A stretch of DNA of 56,820 bases from NCBI GenBank assembly GCA_026418995.1, contig JAOAAG010000416.1, forward strand, positions 1 through 56,820, written 5' to 3'. How positions within the stretch are numbered: the first letter of the stretch is position 1; the number at the start of each line of letters is the position of its first letter. Source of the stretch: Anaerolineae bacterium. Its GTDB lineage: Bacteria > Chloroflexota > Anaerolineae > B4-G1. Of the stretch, positions 34,484 through 44,063 are shown in pieces. Below the pieces are notes generated by a model. It searched no databases. It was not told the DNA's origin and saw only the letters and a program-made list of their open reading frames with translations. The translations under genes and the position numbers were made by a program.

Positions 34484-35752
34484 ATGACCTGCGCTTTGAG
34501 AGAGAGGCTGCGCATCTCCAGCTCCTGCCTGGAAGAGATCAATGCATTGCTGCTCGATCCTGATAACAGGGCCATTAATGACTTGCTTGATGTAGTCGCC
34601 AAATACGGCACGCCAGAGGAGATCAACCGTAAAGCAGAAGAGGCCCGTCAACTTCCTAACCTGCTCGCGCGCCTCAGGGAGGTGGCGCCAGCGCATCTTG
34701 ATGGACTGAGGTGGCTTGAGGAACAGCGCGACAAGAGAGCCTTTATCAGCGTGGCCGAATATCGCCGCCGCGTGTTGGGCAATAAAGCAGATCACATGGA
34801 CTTCGACGAGCGCTTTGCGGTCACGCTGGAGATCAGCGCCCTGCAATACTTCGCCTTCCTTCTCGCGGAGGCCGAGCAGGCGATCGAGCGGGGGGAATTG
34901 ATGCCCGGTCGCTTCATCCGTGTACGCAAGATGAAAGAACAGGAAGCCGACGGCGACCTGCTGGCCGTTGCCGCCGCGATGCAGATCATCGGCGCAAGCT
35001 ACGTGGAGACGCTGGACACCAAGGGCACCGACGGCTCCAACGTCCATCTGGGCGGGCCGGAGACACTCACCGGCTACTTTGGCGGCATCGGACAGCCCAA
35101 TGAGCATGCCTTAGCCTGGCTGGACGAGTACCTGTACTACTACACCACCTACGGTGTGCGTCAGGTGCTCAATATCAATGCGGGCACTATCCTGCTCGCC
35201 TATCTGCTCCACAAGCTGGGGGTGGACAACGAGTTCAAAATCTCTGTCTTTATGGGCAACGACAATCCCTATTCGGCACTGTGGACACTCATCGGCGCCA
35301 AACTCTTCTCACGGCCTGATGGCAGCACCCCACTGGTGGGGTTCAACTGGTCCAACTCGGCCAACAATGAGACGCTGGAGATCACGGCTCAGATACGCCG
35401 GGCACTTGGATTCGAGGACCGGGTGCGTTTTGAGCACCACATCACTGAGACCTGGAAGTCCATCGTACGTCAGCCCTATGACCGTCTGGAAGAGCTGGTA
35501 GAGCTGGCTGACCACGTCGCCAACATCTCGGCCAAACACGAAGGCGGGGCGCCCGAAGTAGAGCGCACGCGCGAGCACCCCTCCGACATCCTCGATTACT
35601 TCCGCTCGCGCCAGGAGATAGACGCAGCGGGGGACATGCCACGCTTGCTACGCAACTACCTGGACAAACACGAGGCCGTCAATCGCACGGCCCGTGCGCT
35701 CACGGAGCATGGACTGACCTTTATAGCAGCCCGGCACCTGCACTACTGGTGA
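34484..35752 (+). CDS. hypothetical protein, 422 aa, family not recognised
   Basis: The ORF is clean, with ATG 6 nt after a GGAGG RBS and a balanced, non-repetitive composition. I can name no motif. Confidence 0.7.
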   Translation: MTCALRERLRISSSCLEEINALLLDPDNRAINDLLDVVAKYGTPEEINRKAEEARQLPNLLARLREVAPAHLDGLRWLEEQRDKRAFISVAEYRRRVLGNKADHMDFDERFAVTLEISALQYFAFLLAEAEQAIERGELMPGRFIRVRKMKEQEADGDLLAVAAAMQIIGASYVETLDTKGTDGSNVHLGGPETLTGYFGGIGQPNEHALAWLDEYLYYYTTYGVRQVLNINAGTILLAYLLHKLGVDNEFKISVFMGNDNPYSALWTLIGAKLFSRPDGSTPLVGFNWSNSANNETLEITAQIRRALGFEDRVRFEHHITETWKSIVRQPYDRLEELVELADHVANISAKHEGGAPEVERTREHPSDILDYFRSRQEIDAAGDMPRLLRNYLDKHEAVNRTARALTEHGLTFIAARHLHYW

Positions 35753-35848
35753 AGCCAACAGGAGCAGAAAAGTGGTACAAAAGTCCGCTCAATTCAGGAA
35801 AAGTGACACTAACATCTCATAACCGATTCACTTATACTTACATGCATA

Positions 35849-36232
35849 ATGTCGCCGACGCGTGTGCTCATTATTGACGATCATGACCCCGTGCGGGAAG
35901 CACTCAGAGACTCCCTTCAGGCGATACCGGGCATTGAAATTGTGGGATGTACGGGCGACTGGAGAGACGGTCTGCACGCGACGCTGACGCTGAAACCTGA
36001 CGTGGTCCTGCTGGAGACGAAGCGGGCCGATGGGGAGGGATTGACGGCCCTACAGCGGCTCACTGAAGCGTGCCCCTTCGCCAGTATAGTGGTGTTGACC
36101 TCTTACCCTGACCTCGAGGAGCAGATGGCGGCGCTGAGGATGGGCATTGCCCGCTACTTGCTCAAAAACATTGACACGCCCCAACTGGTGCGTGAAATCC
36201 AGGCTGTCGTGCGCCCTCAGGCGATGGTATAG
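35849..36232 (+). CDS. stand-alone NarL-type receiver domain with Glu at the phospho-acceptor position
   Basis: VLIIDDHDPVRE is present. PDVVLLETKRADGEG replaces the usual VVLLDxxMPxxDG. VVLTSY and YLLK are present. There is no output domain. Confidence 0.75.
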   Translation: MSPTRVLIIDDHDPVREALRDSLQAIPGIEIVGCTGDWRDGLHATLTLKPDVVLLETKRADGEGLTALQRLTEACPFASIVVLTSYPDLEEQMAALRMGIARYLLKNIDTPQLVREIQAVVRPQAMV

Positions 36233-36297
36233 CCAGGTATCACGCCGCACCCCACCTCACGCGCCCTGCAGCACATGACCAGGCTGCTCCACAGGGA

Positions 36298-37278
36298 CTA
36301 ACAGATGCCCCACCAGTACATATCCGCCAGCTTCTGGTGCTCCTCCCGCAGCCTGACGTAGCTTTCATAGCGGTGCTGGCTCACCTGGCCTCTCTCCACT
36401 GCCTCCTTGACCGCACACTCCGGCTCAACAGTGTGGGTGCAGTCGGAGAAGCGGCAGTGTGCGACCAGTGGAGCGATGTCCGGAAAGTAGGCATCGATCT
36501 CCTCCGGATCCAGGTCGAACAGGGCGAGAGCGCGGATACCCGGGGTGTCGGCTACCCATCCACCCACATTGAGAGGGATAAGCTGAGGCACAACGGTCGT
36601 GTGCCGCCCTTTGCAGGTAGCCCGGCTCACCTGACGCACCCGCAGCCCCAGGCCGGGCTGCATCGCGTTGAGCAGGCTGGTCTTGCCGACGCCCGACGGT
36701 CCCATCAGTGCCGAGATCCTTCCCCGCAACGCGTCGCGCAGCTCGTCCACGCCGTCGCCAGTGACTGCGCTGGTATAGACCACCCGGTAGCCGATCTCCT
36801 CATAAACGCCGAAGAGCATGCGTGCCTCCTGTCGGTCCACCAGGTCCACCTTATTTGCGCATATGAGGGCCGGGATGTGCTGGAGTTCCGCTCCGACCAG
36901 CAGCCGGTCGAGCATACGGAGGTTAGGGGTGGGTTGTGCGCAGGCGAGCACGAACACTGCCTGATCGGGGTTAGCCACGATGACCTGCTCCCGCTCCGCG
37001 AGGTAGCCATCTCGATCCCAGCGGCGGGCCCCACGTCCACCCGGAAGTGGGGCCAGGCGCGACAGCGCCCGCTCACGGGGCAGGATGTCCTCAATGATAC
37101 CGGCACCCTTGCCCGTAGGGCGTATCCGCACGCGGTCTCCGACGGCGATGAGATCGGTGTCGAGACGCTCCTGCTTCAGCCGCCCCCGGACCTGACAAAC
37201 AAAATCACCGTTCTCAGTATGAACGGTGAAGAAGCCACTCTGTGCCTTAATAATCAGTCCGTCGAGCAAGTCAGGCAT
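36298..37278 (-). CDS. rsgA: ribosome small-subunit-dependent GTPase A
   Basis: Motifs are CANKVDLV, GPSGVGKTSLLNAM, and the zinc knuckle CRFSDCTHTVEPECAV. Confidence 0.92.
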   Translation of the reverse strand: MPDLLDGLIIKAQSGFFTVHTENGDFVCQVRGRLKQERLDTDLIAVGDRVRIRPTGKGAGIIEDILPRERALSRLAPLPGGRGARRWDRDGYLAEREQVIVANPDQAVFVLACAQPTPNLRMLDRLLVGAELQHIPALICANKVDLVDRQEARMLFGVYEEIGYRVVYTSAVTGDGVDELRDALRGRISALMGPSGVGKTSLLNAMQPGLGLRVRQVSRATCKGRHTTVVPQLIPLNVGGWVADTPGIRALALFDLDPEEIDAYFPDIAPLVAHCRFSDCTHTVEPECAVKEAVERGQVSQHRYESYVRLREEHQKLADMYWWGIC

Positions 37279-37296
37279 ACGCAGCGTTGGGGATAC

Positions 37297-38238
37297 CTAG
37301 CGCCCTTCCAATCTCCTCACAAAGCTAGCCAATGTATCGCTCCCGCGTATGCGTATGCGCGGCATCGTGAAGATGTTATCCAGAGAATGAGTGTATCCCC
37401 ATTCTGTTGTCACTGCCCCCCAATAGCCAGCCGATTTGAGCACCGCAATCACATCCTTATCGTAGCGGCCAGAGGGATAGCAGAAAAAGCGCGGCAGGCG
37501 ACCAGTATGATAGTAAATTGCCTCCTGGATGCCCAGAATCTGGTAGACAAGATAGTCATATGAGCGCCCGCGCAGGTCCACATGGTCGCGTCCATGCGCC
37601 TGAATATCCATTCCCCCCTCGGCCATTTCCTTCATCTGAGCCCACGTGAGATAACCCGGCGACTCGAAGTGGGCTGGCGTGGCCAGGACAAAGAAGGTGC
37701 CCGTAAAGCCATATTCCTGAAGCATTGGGAATACCACCTCATAGGCATCCCTGTAACCGTCATCGAAGGTCAGGACAACCGGTTTGTCAGGCAACGGAAT
37801 GCCCTGGGTGAGGTAGAGGTAGAGGTCACTCAGGGTGATCGTGTGATATCCTGCGTCGGCCAGATACCGGAGTTGCGCCCTGAAGTTTTCCGGCGTGACG
37901 GTGAGGTCCAGACGTATCCGATCGGCGCCGACGGGCGGTTCAGAGACATAGTGATACATCAGTATGGGCACCCGCGCCCGCTCGGGGAGGGGGAGCGGCG
38001 TGGGTGTGGGCGTAGGGGTAGGCAGCATCACTTGAGCGGGCAAGAAACGACGCCAGGCCTCCACCCGGTCCTGGTAAGGGTCATCCCATCGGAGAGGTCT
38101 GAAGCATACCAGACAGCACACCACAAGCAGTGTCCAGGCGTGGTACAACGGGCCAGTGGAGAAACGCAGGTGGAAGAGCGCAGCAGAGGTAGAACGGGGC
38201 AGGCGGTTGATCAGGTCCGGTGTGTCCTCACTGGCCAT
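37297..38238 (-). CDS. polysaccharide deacetylase (NodB homology) with an N-terminal membrane anchor
   Basis: The motif is VLTFDDGYRDAYEVVFPMLQEYGFTGTFFV. Confidence 0.85.
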   Translation of the reverse strand: MASEDTPDLINRLPRSTSAALFHLRFSTGPLYHAWTLLVVCCLVCFRPLRWDDPYQDRVEAWRRFLPAQVMLPTPTPTPTPLPLPERARVPILMYHYVSEPPVGADRIRLDLTVTPENFRAQLRYLADAGYHTITLSDLYLYLTQGIPLPDKPVVLTFDDGYRDAYEVVFPMLQEYGFTGTFFVLATPAHFESPGYLTWAQMKEMAEGGMDIQAHGRDHVDLRGRSYDYLVYQILGIQEAIYYHTGRLPRFFCYPSGRYDKDVIAVLKSAGYWGAVTTEWGYTHSLDNIFTMPRIRIRGSDTLASFVRRLEGR

Positions 38239-38244
38239 GCTTGC

Positions 38245-38754
38245 TCAGCTCTCGGATTCGTCGCCCACCACTTCCCACGTGGCCGATCTGGAAAGGGCGG
38301 CAGAACGGGCGGGCTTCATCGTACCCTCACCTGGAGCATGCCCCTTGCCCTCCGGCCGGGGAAGGCGGCGGTTCGCCGAGGCCTCGGACAGAGCGCCGGG
38401 CAGAAGCTGTCGGGGAAACGTGACCGTCCCAGAGCGCTGAATCTCGTCGCTGGCCCTGGCTATGTCCTCGAAGAAGGTGATCCCGCCCAGCACCACACTG
38501 ACAGTGCCGGCATGGATCATCGCAAAGATCCAGGCTTTAATCCAGAGCCAGGGGCTGCCGCTAACGGCGGAAGCAGCTACAGGCTGGCGCTCCCCTCCAG
38601 CCGAGGGCATCTCTGCACGCGACTGTGGTTTTCTGGACGGAACAGGCGTCACGATCTTCCAGTACAAGGCTACGGCGCCCGCCAGCGTCAGGAGCAACAG
38701 GCCCAGCAAGCCACTCCCGACCGCTATCATCCAGAGAACGGCATCGTCCATCAC
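38245..38754 (-). CDS. hypothetical membrane protein
   Basis: Two hydrophobic segments are present. I recognise no family. Confidence 0.45.
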   Translation of the reverse strand: MMDDAVLWMIAVGSGLLGLLLLTLAGAVALYWKIVTPVPSRKPQSRAEMPSAGGERQPVAASAVSGSPWLWIKAWIFAMIHAGTVSVVLGGITFFEDIARASDEIQRSGTVTFPRQLLPGALSEASANRRLPRPEGKGHAPGEGTMKPARSAALSRSATWEVVGDESES

Positions 38755-38827
38755 TAATTCATAACGGGCAATGCATCGGGAAACAAGAGTAAATGACGGT
38801 CACCGCCCATGTGACCGTCACTGAAGG

Positions 38828-38901
38828 CGCGCCCGGCGGGACTTGAACCCACAGCATTCGGTTTCGTAGACCGCTCCTCTGTCCAATTGAGGTACGGGCG
38901 C
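38828..38901 (-). tRNA. tRNA-Arg (anticodon ACG)
   Basis: I folded a 74-nt cloverleaf by hand. The acceptor stem is GCGCCCG/CGGGCGC and the D stem is CCTC/GAGG. The anticodon stem is CGGT/ACCG with loop CTACGAA. The T arm is GTGGG-TTCAAGT-CCCGC and the discriminator is G. CCA is not encoded. Confidence 0.9.
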
Positions 38902-39062
38902 GCAAAGATGGTCGCACATGACTCAATCATACACATAGCGGCCATTTTGTCAAGTCAGAAGGTCAACAGGGTTTCCACCGGGAGCAGAAGCACGGCAACC
39001 GGACAGGGACGCCCCTTGAGGCGTCTTCTGAGTCGGGCAAGCCCCCGTATAGCGGAGAATGA

Positions 39063-39093
39063 GTTGACAGTCACCTTCGGGGTGACTGTCAAC
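39063..39093 (-). terminator. 13-bp perfect hairpin downstream of rplS (putative terminator, no strong U tract)
   Basis: The sequence is GTTGACAGTCACC-ttcgg-GGTGACTGTCAAC, located 33 nt after the rplS stop. Confidence 0.5.
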
Positions 39094-39125
39094 CAGGTCG
39101 GAAGCAAAGGTGGGGAAATGGGGTG

Positions 39126-39479
39126 CTACAGGATACGTTTCTCGCGGAGGCGGGCCTGCTTTCCACGCCGCCCGCGCAGGTAGTAGAGGTTAGCACGCCG
39201 TACATGCGCCCGTCGCACAATCTCGACCTTTTCCAGGCGCGGTGAGTACAGCGGAAACGTGCGTTCGACACCGATCCCGTGCGCCGCGATGCGTCTCACG
39301 GTGAAATTGGCCCCTGCCCCCTTCTTACGCACACGGATCACGATCCCCTTAAATACCTGAATACGCTCCTTATCACCCTCGATGATACGTGCATGCACGT
39401 TTACTGTATCCCCCGGGCGCATGTCAGGAATATTCGGATTAGGCTCCAGTTGGCGCTCCAATGATTCGATCAGATTCAT
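39126..39479 (-). CDS. rplS: 50S ribosomal protein L19
   Basis: The sequence contains [46 protein letters not shown]. Confidence 0.95.
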   Translation of the reverse strand: MNLIESLERQLEPNPNIPDMRPGDTVNVHARIIEGDKERIQVFKGIVIRVRKKGAGANFTVRRIAAHGIGVERTFPLYSPRLEKVEIVRRAHVRRANLYYLRGRRGKQARLREKRIL

Positions 39480-39519
39480 AGCTGAAGACTCCCTGTTGAC
39501 GACTTACGTAACGTGTGAA

Positions 39520-39548
39520 ATTATACTACGCTTCCCGTTCTTAAGCAA
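39520..39548 (-). promoter_or_regulatory. sigma70 promoter TTGCTT-N17-TATAAT for rplS
   Basis: Read on the minus strand. Confidence 0.65.
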
Positions 39549-39594
39549 ATGATCCTGTATTCGACCTCCACTTTCACGAAAAAGGAACAAAATC

Positions 39595-39623
39595 TTGACT
39601 GAGAAGCACAATTGTGCTATAAT
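39595..39623 (+). promoter_or_regulatory. near-consensus sigma70 promoter TTGACT-N17-TGcTATAAT for yceD-rpoD
   Basis: Read directly from the sequence. Confidence 0.7.
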
Positions 39624-39692
39624 AACCACCGATTATAGCCGCTGATCCTCGCCAGTTCGGGCACAAGGGCGGGTAACCGAAACAGAACCTGT

Positions 39693-40178
39693 ATGATTCG
39701 TTTTGATGTCTCTGCTCTGATCAAGGCCCGGCTTGGCAAGACACTCACTCTTAACCTGGATACAGGGCCTCAAACCCTGAAGGACCTGGAAGTCAGTTTC
39801 CTGCGAGGTTCTGTCCAGGCGACTCGGGTACAAAGTGGCTTGCTGATTCAAGGCGCCGTGGCATCACAGTTGCGCCTGGAGTGTGTCCGCTGCCTGGAAC
39901 CCTTCAATTTCCCCATTGTCCTGGAGGTCGAAGAGATCTTCCGGCTTGCGCCGACCAAAGCGCCCCTCTCCTACTACGTGGGCGAAGACGGCTGGATTGA
40001 TCTGGCCCCCTTACTGCGTGAGCAAGCGTGGGTGGACATCCCGATGAAACCCCTTTGCCGCCCTGATTGCAAAGGCCTGTGCCCACATTGTGGTGCCAAT
40101 CTTAACATCGAACCCTGCACCTGCGAGCAGTTCAAAATTGATCCGCGCCTGGCACTGCTGCGAAAGTTGATGGAGTAA
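39693..40178 (+). CDS. yceD: YceD/DUF177 family protein
   Basis: The C-terminal motif is [23 protein letters not shown]. The product is 161 aa. Confidence 0.85.
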   Translation: MIRFDVSALIKARLGKTLTLNLDTGPQTLKDLEVSFLRGSVQATRVQSGLLIQGAVASQLRLECVRCLEPFNFPIVLEVEEIFRLAPTKAPLSYYVGEDGWIDLAPLLREQAWVDIPMKPLCRPDCKGLCPHCGANLNIEPCTCEQFKIDPRLALLRKLME

Positions 40179-40183
40179 AGCTT

Positions 40184-41338
40184 ATGGACCTGATAAGGGA
40201 ACTCTTAGAAAGGGCGGAAATTCAGGGATATCTCACTACAGACGAAATCCTGGAGCTCCTCCCAGAAACGGAAGATACGCTGGAGCAACTGGAGGAGATT
40301 CTCATTCTCCTGCATGACGCGGGAGTCGAAATATACGATGACAAGGCAGACCTCTTAGACGAGTTCAATGATCCCCTGGATGTGGAGTTCTCAGACTACG
40401 CTGAGGATGAGGAATACGACCTGAGCGGGATCGCCAGCGACGACGCGGTGGGATTGTACCTCAGGGAAATGGCCCGCGTGCCCCTCCTGAAGAACGACGA
40501 GGAGATCAGGCTGGCCATGGCTCTGGAGGCAGGACGCAATGCCAAAAAGAAGCTGAGTGAAGGTAACACCGACCCGGTCATGCGCAAGGAACTCGAACGC
40601 CAGGTTGAAGAAGGCCTGGCGGCCCGTGAGCATCTCATCAAAGCCAATACCAGATTGGTCGTCAGTATTGCCAAAAAGTACATCGGCAGAGGCGTCCCGT
40701 TCCTGGACCTGATCCAGGAGGGCAACCTGGGTCTGATGAAAGCGGTGGAGAAATTTGACTACAGCCGTGGCTACCGGTTCAGCACCTATGCCACGTGGTG
40801 GATCAGGCAAACGATCACCCGGGCTATCGCCGACCAAGGGCGCACGATCCGGGTGCCCGTCCATATGTCCGACCGCATCCGGCGTCTGTATAACACCGCC
40901 CAGAACCTGGAACAGGAATATGGCCGCCGCCCCACCCCGGAGGAGCTCGCTGAGGAACTCGATGTGGAGCCGCGCAAAGTTCAATGGATGCTGCAGGTCT
41001 CCTGGCGACCGCTGAGCCTGGAGCAACCGGTTGGTGAAGAGGAGGACAGCGAGCTGGGTAACTTCATCGAGGACGAAACCTCCCCCACCCCTGCCCAGAG
41101 CACCTATCAGTACATGCTCGAGGAGAAGATCGAGGAGATGCTGGCCACGCTCCATCCGCGCGAAGCCTGTATCCTGCGCTTGCGCTTCGGATTGGGCAAT
41201 GGCCGCAGTTATACCCTCGAGGAAGTCGGTAAGAAGTTCGGGCTGACCAGGGAACGTATCCGCCAGATCGAAGGCCGGGCGCTGCGTCGCCTGCGCCATC
41301 CCTGCCGCAGCCGCCAACTACGGGACTATCTCAGATGA
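40184..41338 (+). CDS. rpoD: primary RNA polymerase sigma factor (sigma-70 family)
   Basis: An acidic region 1 is present. Other motifs are [35 protein letters not shown] and [20 protein letters not shown]. Confidence 0.93.
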   Translation: MDLIRELLERAEIQGYLTTDEILELLPETEDTLEQLEEILILLHDAGVEIYDDKADLLDEFNDPLDVEFSDYAEDEEYDLSGIASDDAVGLYLREMARVPLLKNDEEIRLAMALEAGRNAKKKLSEGNTDPVMRKELERQVEEGLAAREHLIKANTRLVVSIAKKYIGRGVPFLDLIQEGNLGLMKAVEKFDYSRGYRFSTYATWWIRQTITRAIADQGRTIRVPVHMSDRIRRLYNTAQNLEQEYGRRPTPEELAEELDVEPRKVQWMLQVSWRPLSLEQPVGEEEDSELGNFIEDETSPTPAQSTYQYMLEEKIEEMLATLHPREACILRLRFGLGNGRSYTLEEVGKKFGLTRERIRQIEGRALRRLRHPCRSRQLRDYLR

Positions 41339-41449
41339 CAAGCATGATGCCTTCCCCTACATTGATGGCCATGTGCACCTACCCGCCGTAGCGGGCAAGG
41401 CGTGAGGCTCCTTGCCTGTAATGGTCGCCTGACGACCCCACGCTGCGTA

Positions 41450-41478
41450 CCGCCAGCCTCGCTGGCGGTTTTTCTTTT
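41450..41478 (+). terminator. rho-independent terminator of rpoD
   Basis: The sequence is CCGCCAGC-ctc-GCTGGCGG followed by TTTTTCTTTT. Confidence 0.88.
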
Positions 41479-41526
41479 CGGGACTCCTCTGCTAAAATTA
41501 CACGCTAGCAAGAAGAAGGAGGAACT

Positions 41527-43302
41527 ATGGCTGAATATATTCTCGTTGCAGTTGCCTGGCCTTATGCAAGCGCCAAAATCCATACCGGCAATGTCACTGG
41601 CTCCCACCTGCCCGGTGACATCTGCGCCCGCTACCATCGCCTCAAAGGCGACCATGTGCTGATGGTATCCGGCTCCGACTCCCACGGTACCCCTATCACT
41701 GTGGTCGCCGATAAAGAGGGCCGCCACCCGCGTGAAGTGTTCGAGCATTTCCATCAGGGCTTCCTCGAGCTTTTCCAGCGGCTGGGCATCAGCTATGACC
41801 TGTTCACCCACACAGACACGGAGAACCACCACCGCGTGGCCCAGGATTTCTTCCTGGCCCTGCTGCACAAGGGCTACCTCTACACCCAGGTGGAGAAGCA
41901 AATGTACTCGGAAACGCAGCGGCGGTTCCTCCCTGACCGCTATGTAGAGGGAACATGCCCGGTTTGTGGCTACGAAGCGGCCCGTGGTGACCAGTGTGAT
42001 CGCTGCAATACGCTGCTCGATCCCACGGATTTGATCAATCCGCGCAGCAAAATTGACGGCAGTACCCCCGTGCTTCGCGAGACTGAGCATTTCTATCTCG
42101 ACCTGCCTAAACTGGCCCGCGCCGGGCTGACCGAATGGCTGCAAACCGGGAAGGAACACTGGCGGCCCAACGTCATCAACTTTGCCCGCCAGTACGTGGG
42201 CGAGGGATTGCAGGGCCGTCCGATCACGCGCGACCTGGACTGGGGCATTCCGGTTCCTGTGGCAGGGTGGGAGGGCAAATGCCTCTACGTCTGGTTCGAG
42301 GCGGTGATCGGCTACTTCTCTGCAAGCATCGAGTGGGCGCACAATCATAACCGGCCCGAGGCATGGAAAGATTGGTGGTACAACCCCTCTGCCAAAACGC
42401 TGTACTTCATAGGTAAGGACAACATCCCTTTCCATACCGTCATCTGGCCTGCCGAATTGCTGGGCGTGGAGCGGCTCTATGATGATGACCCTGAACATAA
42501 GCTCAACCTGCCCTACGACGTCCCGGCCAACGAGTTCATGAACCTGGAGGGGCAAAAGATCTCCGGCAGCCGCAACTGGGCCGTGTGGATGGATGAGGCA
42601 CTCGACCGCTACGACCCCGACCCGCTCCGCTATTATCTGACCGCCGCTATGCCGGAGACCCGCGACACCGACTGGCTGTGGGAAGAATTCGTGCGCCGCA
42701 ATAATGATGAGCTGGTCGCTACGTGGGGCAACCTGGTCCATCGTGCCCTCACGTTTGCTTACAGGCACTTTGACGGACGCGTGCCCACGCCAGGGACACT
42801 GGAGGATGTGGACACCAGCCTGCTGAGCCGCATTGAGGGAGGATTCGAGCCGATCGGGGACCTGATTGCTGGCTGTAAGTTCCGCGCTGCCCTGAGCGAG
42901 GTGATGGCACTGGCGCGGGAGGCTAACCGCTACCTGGAGACGAAAAGCCCCTGGTTTCAAATAAAAGAAGATCGCCAGGCGGCCGCTACCTCCATCTACG
43001 TGGCCCTGCGGGCCATTGATTCCCTGAAAATACTCTTTGCCCCCTTTCTGCCCTTCACCTCCGAGAAGCTGCACCGTTACCTCGGCTATGAAGGCACACT
43101 TTTCGGAAAGCCGTATACTGCCACCTTTGAGGAGCCGGGCGGGCGGGTGCACGAGGCCTTGTGTTACGATAATAGCCCTGCTACAGGCGAGTGGACGCCC
43201 AGCCAATTGCCGCCGGGGCAACCTTTGCAGTGGCCTGAGCCGTTGTTTACCAAGCTGGACGAAAGCATTATCGAGGAGGAAAAGGCCCGCCTGGGCCGAT
43301 GA
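41527..43302 (+). CDS. metG: methionine--tRNA ligase
   Basis: The zinc knuckle CPVCGYEAARGDQCDRCN and the KMSKS-like KISGSRN are present. The protein is colinear with MetRS. Confidence 0.9.
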   Translation: MAEYILVAVAWPYASAKIHTGNVTGSHLPGDICARYHRLKGDHVLMVSGSDSHGTPITVVADKEGRHPREVFEHFHQGFLELFQRLGISYDLFTHTDTENHHRVAQDFFLALLHKGYLYTQVEKQMYSETQRRFLPDRYVEGTCPVCGYEAARGDQCDRCNTLLDPTDLINPRSKIDGSTPVLRETEHFYLDLPKLARAGLTEWLQTGKEHWRPNVINFARQYVGEGLQGRPITRDLDWGIPVPVAGWEGKCLYVWFEAVIGYFSASIEWAHNHNRPEAWKDWWYNPSAKTLYFIGKDNIPFHTVIWPAELLGVERLYDDDPEHKLNLPYDVPANEFMNLEGQKISGSRNWAVWMDEALDRYDPDPLRYYLTAAMPETRDTDWLWEEFVRRNNDELVATWGNLVHRALTFAYRHFDGRVPTPGTLEDVDTSLLSRIEGGFEPIGDLIAGCKFRAALSEVMALAREANRYLETKSPWFQIKEDRQAAATSIYVALRAIDSLKILFAPFLPFTSEKLHRYLGYEGTLFGKPYTATFEEPGGRVHEALCYDNSPATGEWTPSQLPPGQPLQWPEPLFTKLDESIIEEEKARLGR

Positions 43303-43311
43303 CTTACGGAG

Positions 43312-43345
43312 TACGAGGTACTTATCACTACGAAGTACTTATCAC
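43312..43345. repeat. tandem 17-nt repeat TACGA(G/A)GTACTTATCAC, two copies
   Basis: The two copies are adjacent and differ at 1 position. The repeat abuts the AGGAGG RBS of the gene at 43360. Confidence 0.9.
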
Positions 43346-43359
43346 CAGGAGGATAAAAC

Positions 43360-44016
43360 ATGAACAGGAGAATCCTTGGAGTGATCATCGTGCTGGCCCT
43401 GACCACCCTGGCATGCACCTGCAACCTGCTCCCTTCCCTGAAAACGCCGGCCGCCCCTACGCCGTCAAATGTGATCTTTCAGGATGACTTCAGCAACCCG
43501 GAATCCGGCTGGGAGGTAAGGAAACACAATCAAGGGAGCGTGGGTTACAAAGATGGCGTCTACGCTGTTGCTTCCTACTCCAATAGTAAGACGATGTGGG
43601 GGGTGGCCAACCGCACTTTCGACAACATCGTCATCGAAGTAGATGCGACACAAGTGGCCGCCGGGCCGATGAGCAACAATGATTACGGAGTGGTGTGTAG
43701 GGAGCAAAACGAGGGTGATGGTTATTACCTCCTTATCTCCGGCGATGGGTACTATACGATCATAAAAGCCCAAGGTGAGAAGTTCATCAATCTGGTGGAC
43801 TGGACAGGAAGCGAGGCCATCAACCAGGGCAACGCGACTAACCACATCCGCGCGGTGTGCAACGGCTCGAGCCTGGAATTGTCGGTGAATGGGAAGTTTC
43901 TCACCAGCGTTGAGGATAGTACATTCACGTCCGGGGACATTGCGCTGACGGCAACCACCTATGAGGACGCCCCGACAGAAATCCACTTCGATAACCTGGT
44001 GGTCAGCCGTCCATAG
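43360..44016 (+). CDS. secreted (lipo)protein, paralog family member C
   Basis: A signal peptide with Cys is present. Family motifs are DDFSNPESGW, DYGVVCR, YYLLISGDGYY, VNG, GDIAL and HFDNLVV. Confidence 0.75.
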   Translation: MNRRILGVIIVLALTTLACTCNLLPSLKTPAAPTPSNVIFQDDFSNPESGWEVRKHNQGSVGYKDGVYAVASYSNSKTMWGVANRTFDNIVIEVDATQVAAGPMSNNDYGVVCREQNEGDGYYLLISGDGYYTIIKAQGEKFINLVDWTGSEAINQGNATNHIRAVCNGSSLELSVNGKFLTSVEDSTFTSGDIALTATTYEDAPTEIHFDNLVVSRP

Positions 44017-44063
44017 GACGATCACCCTGAGACGCGCGGCAGTGCCTTAAAAGGAGATGTCCA

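Noticed and set aside
34367-35107. 246-aa minus-strand ORF
   Set aside because: It is antisense to the 422-aa plus-strand gene, which has the strong RBS and protein-like composition.
36337-37563. 408-aa plus-strand ORF
   Set aside because: It is antisense to rsgA and the polysaccharide deacetylase gene.
41326-43221. 631-aa minus-strand ORF
   Set aside because: It is antisense to metG. It is a long open antisense frame of the kind common in high-GC DNA.
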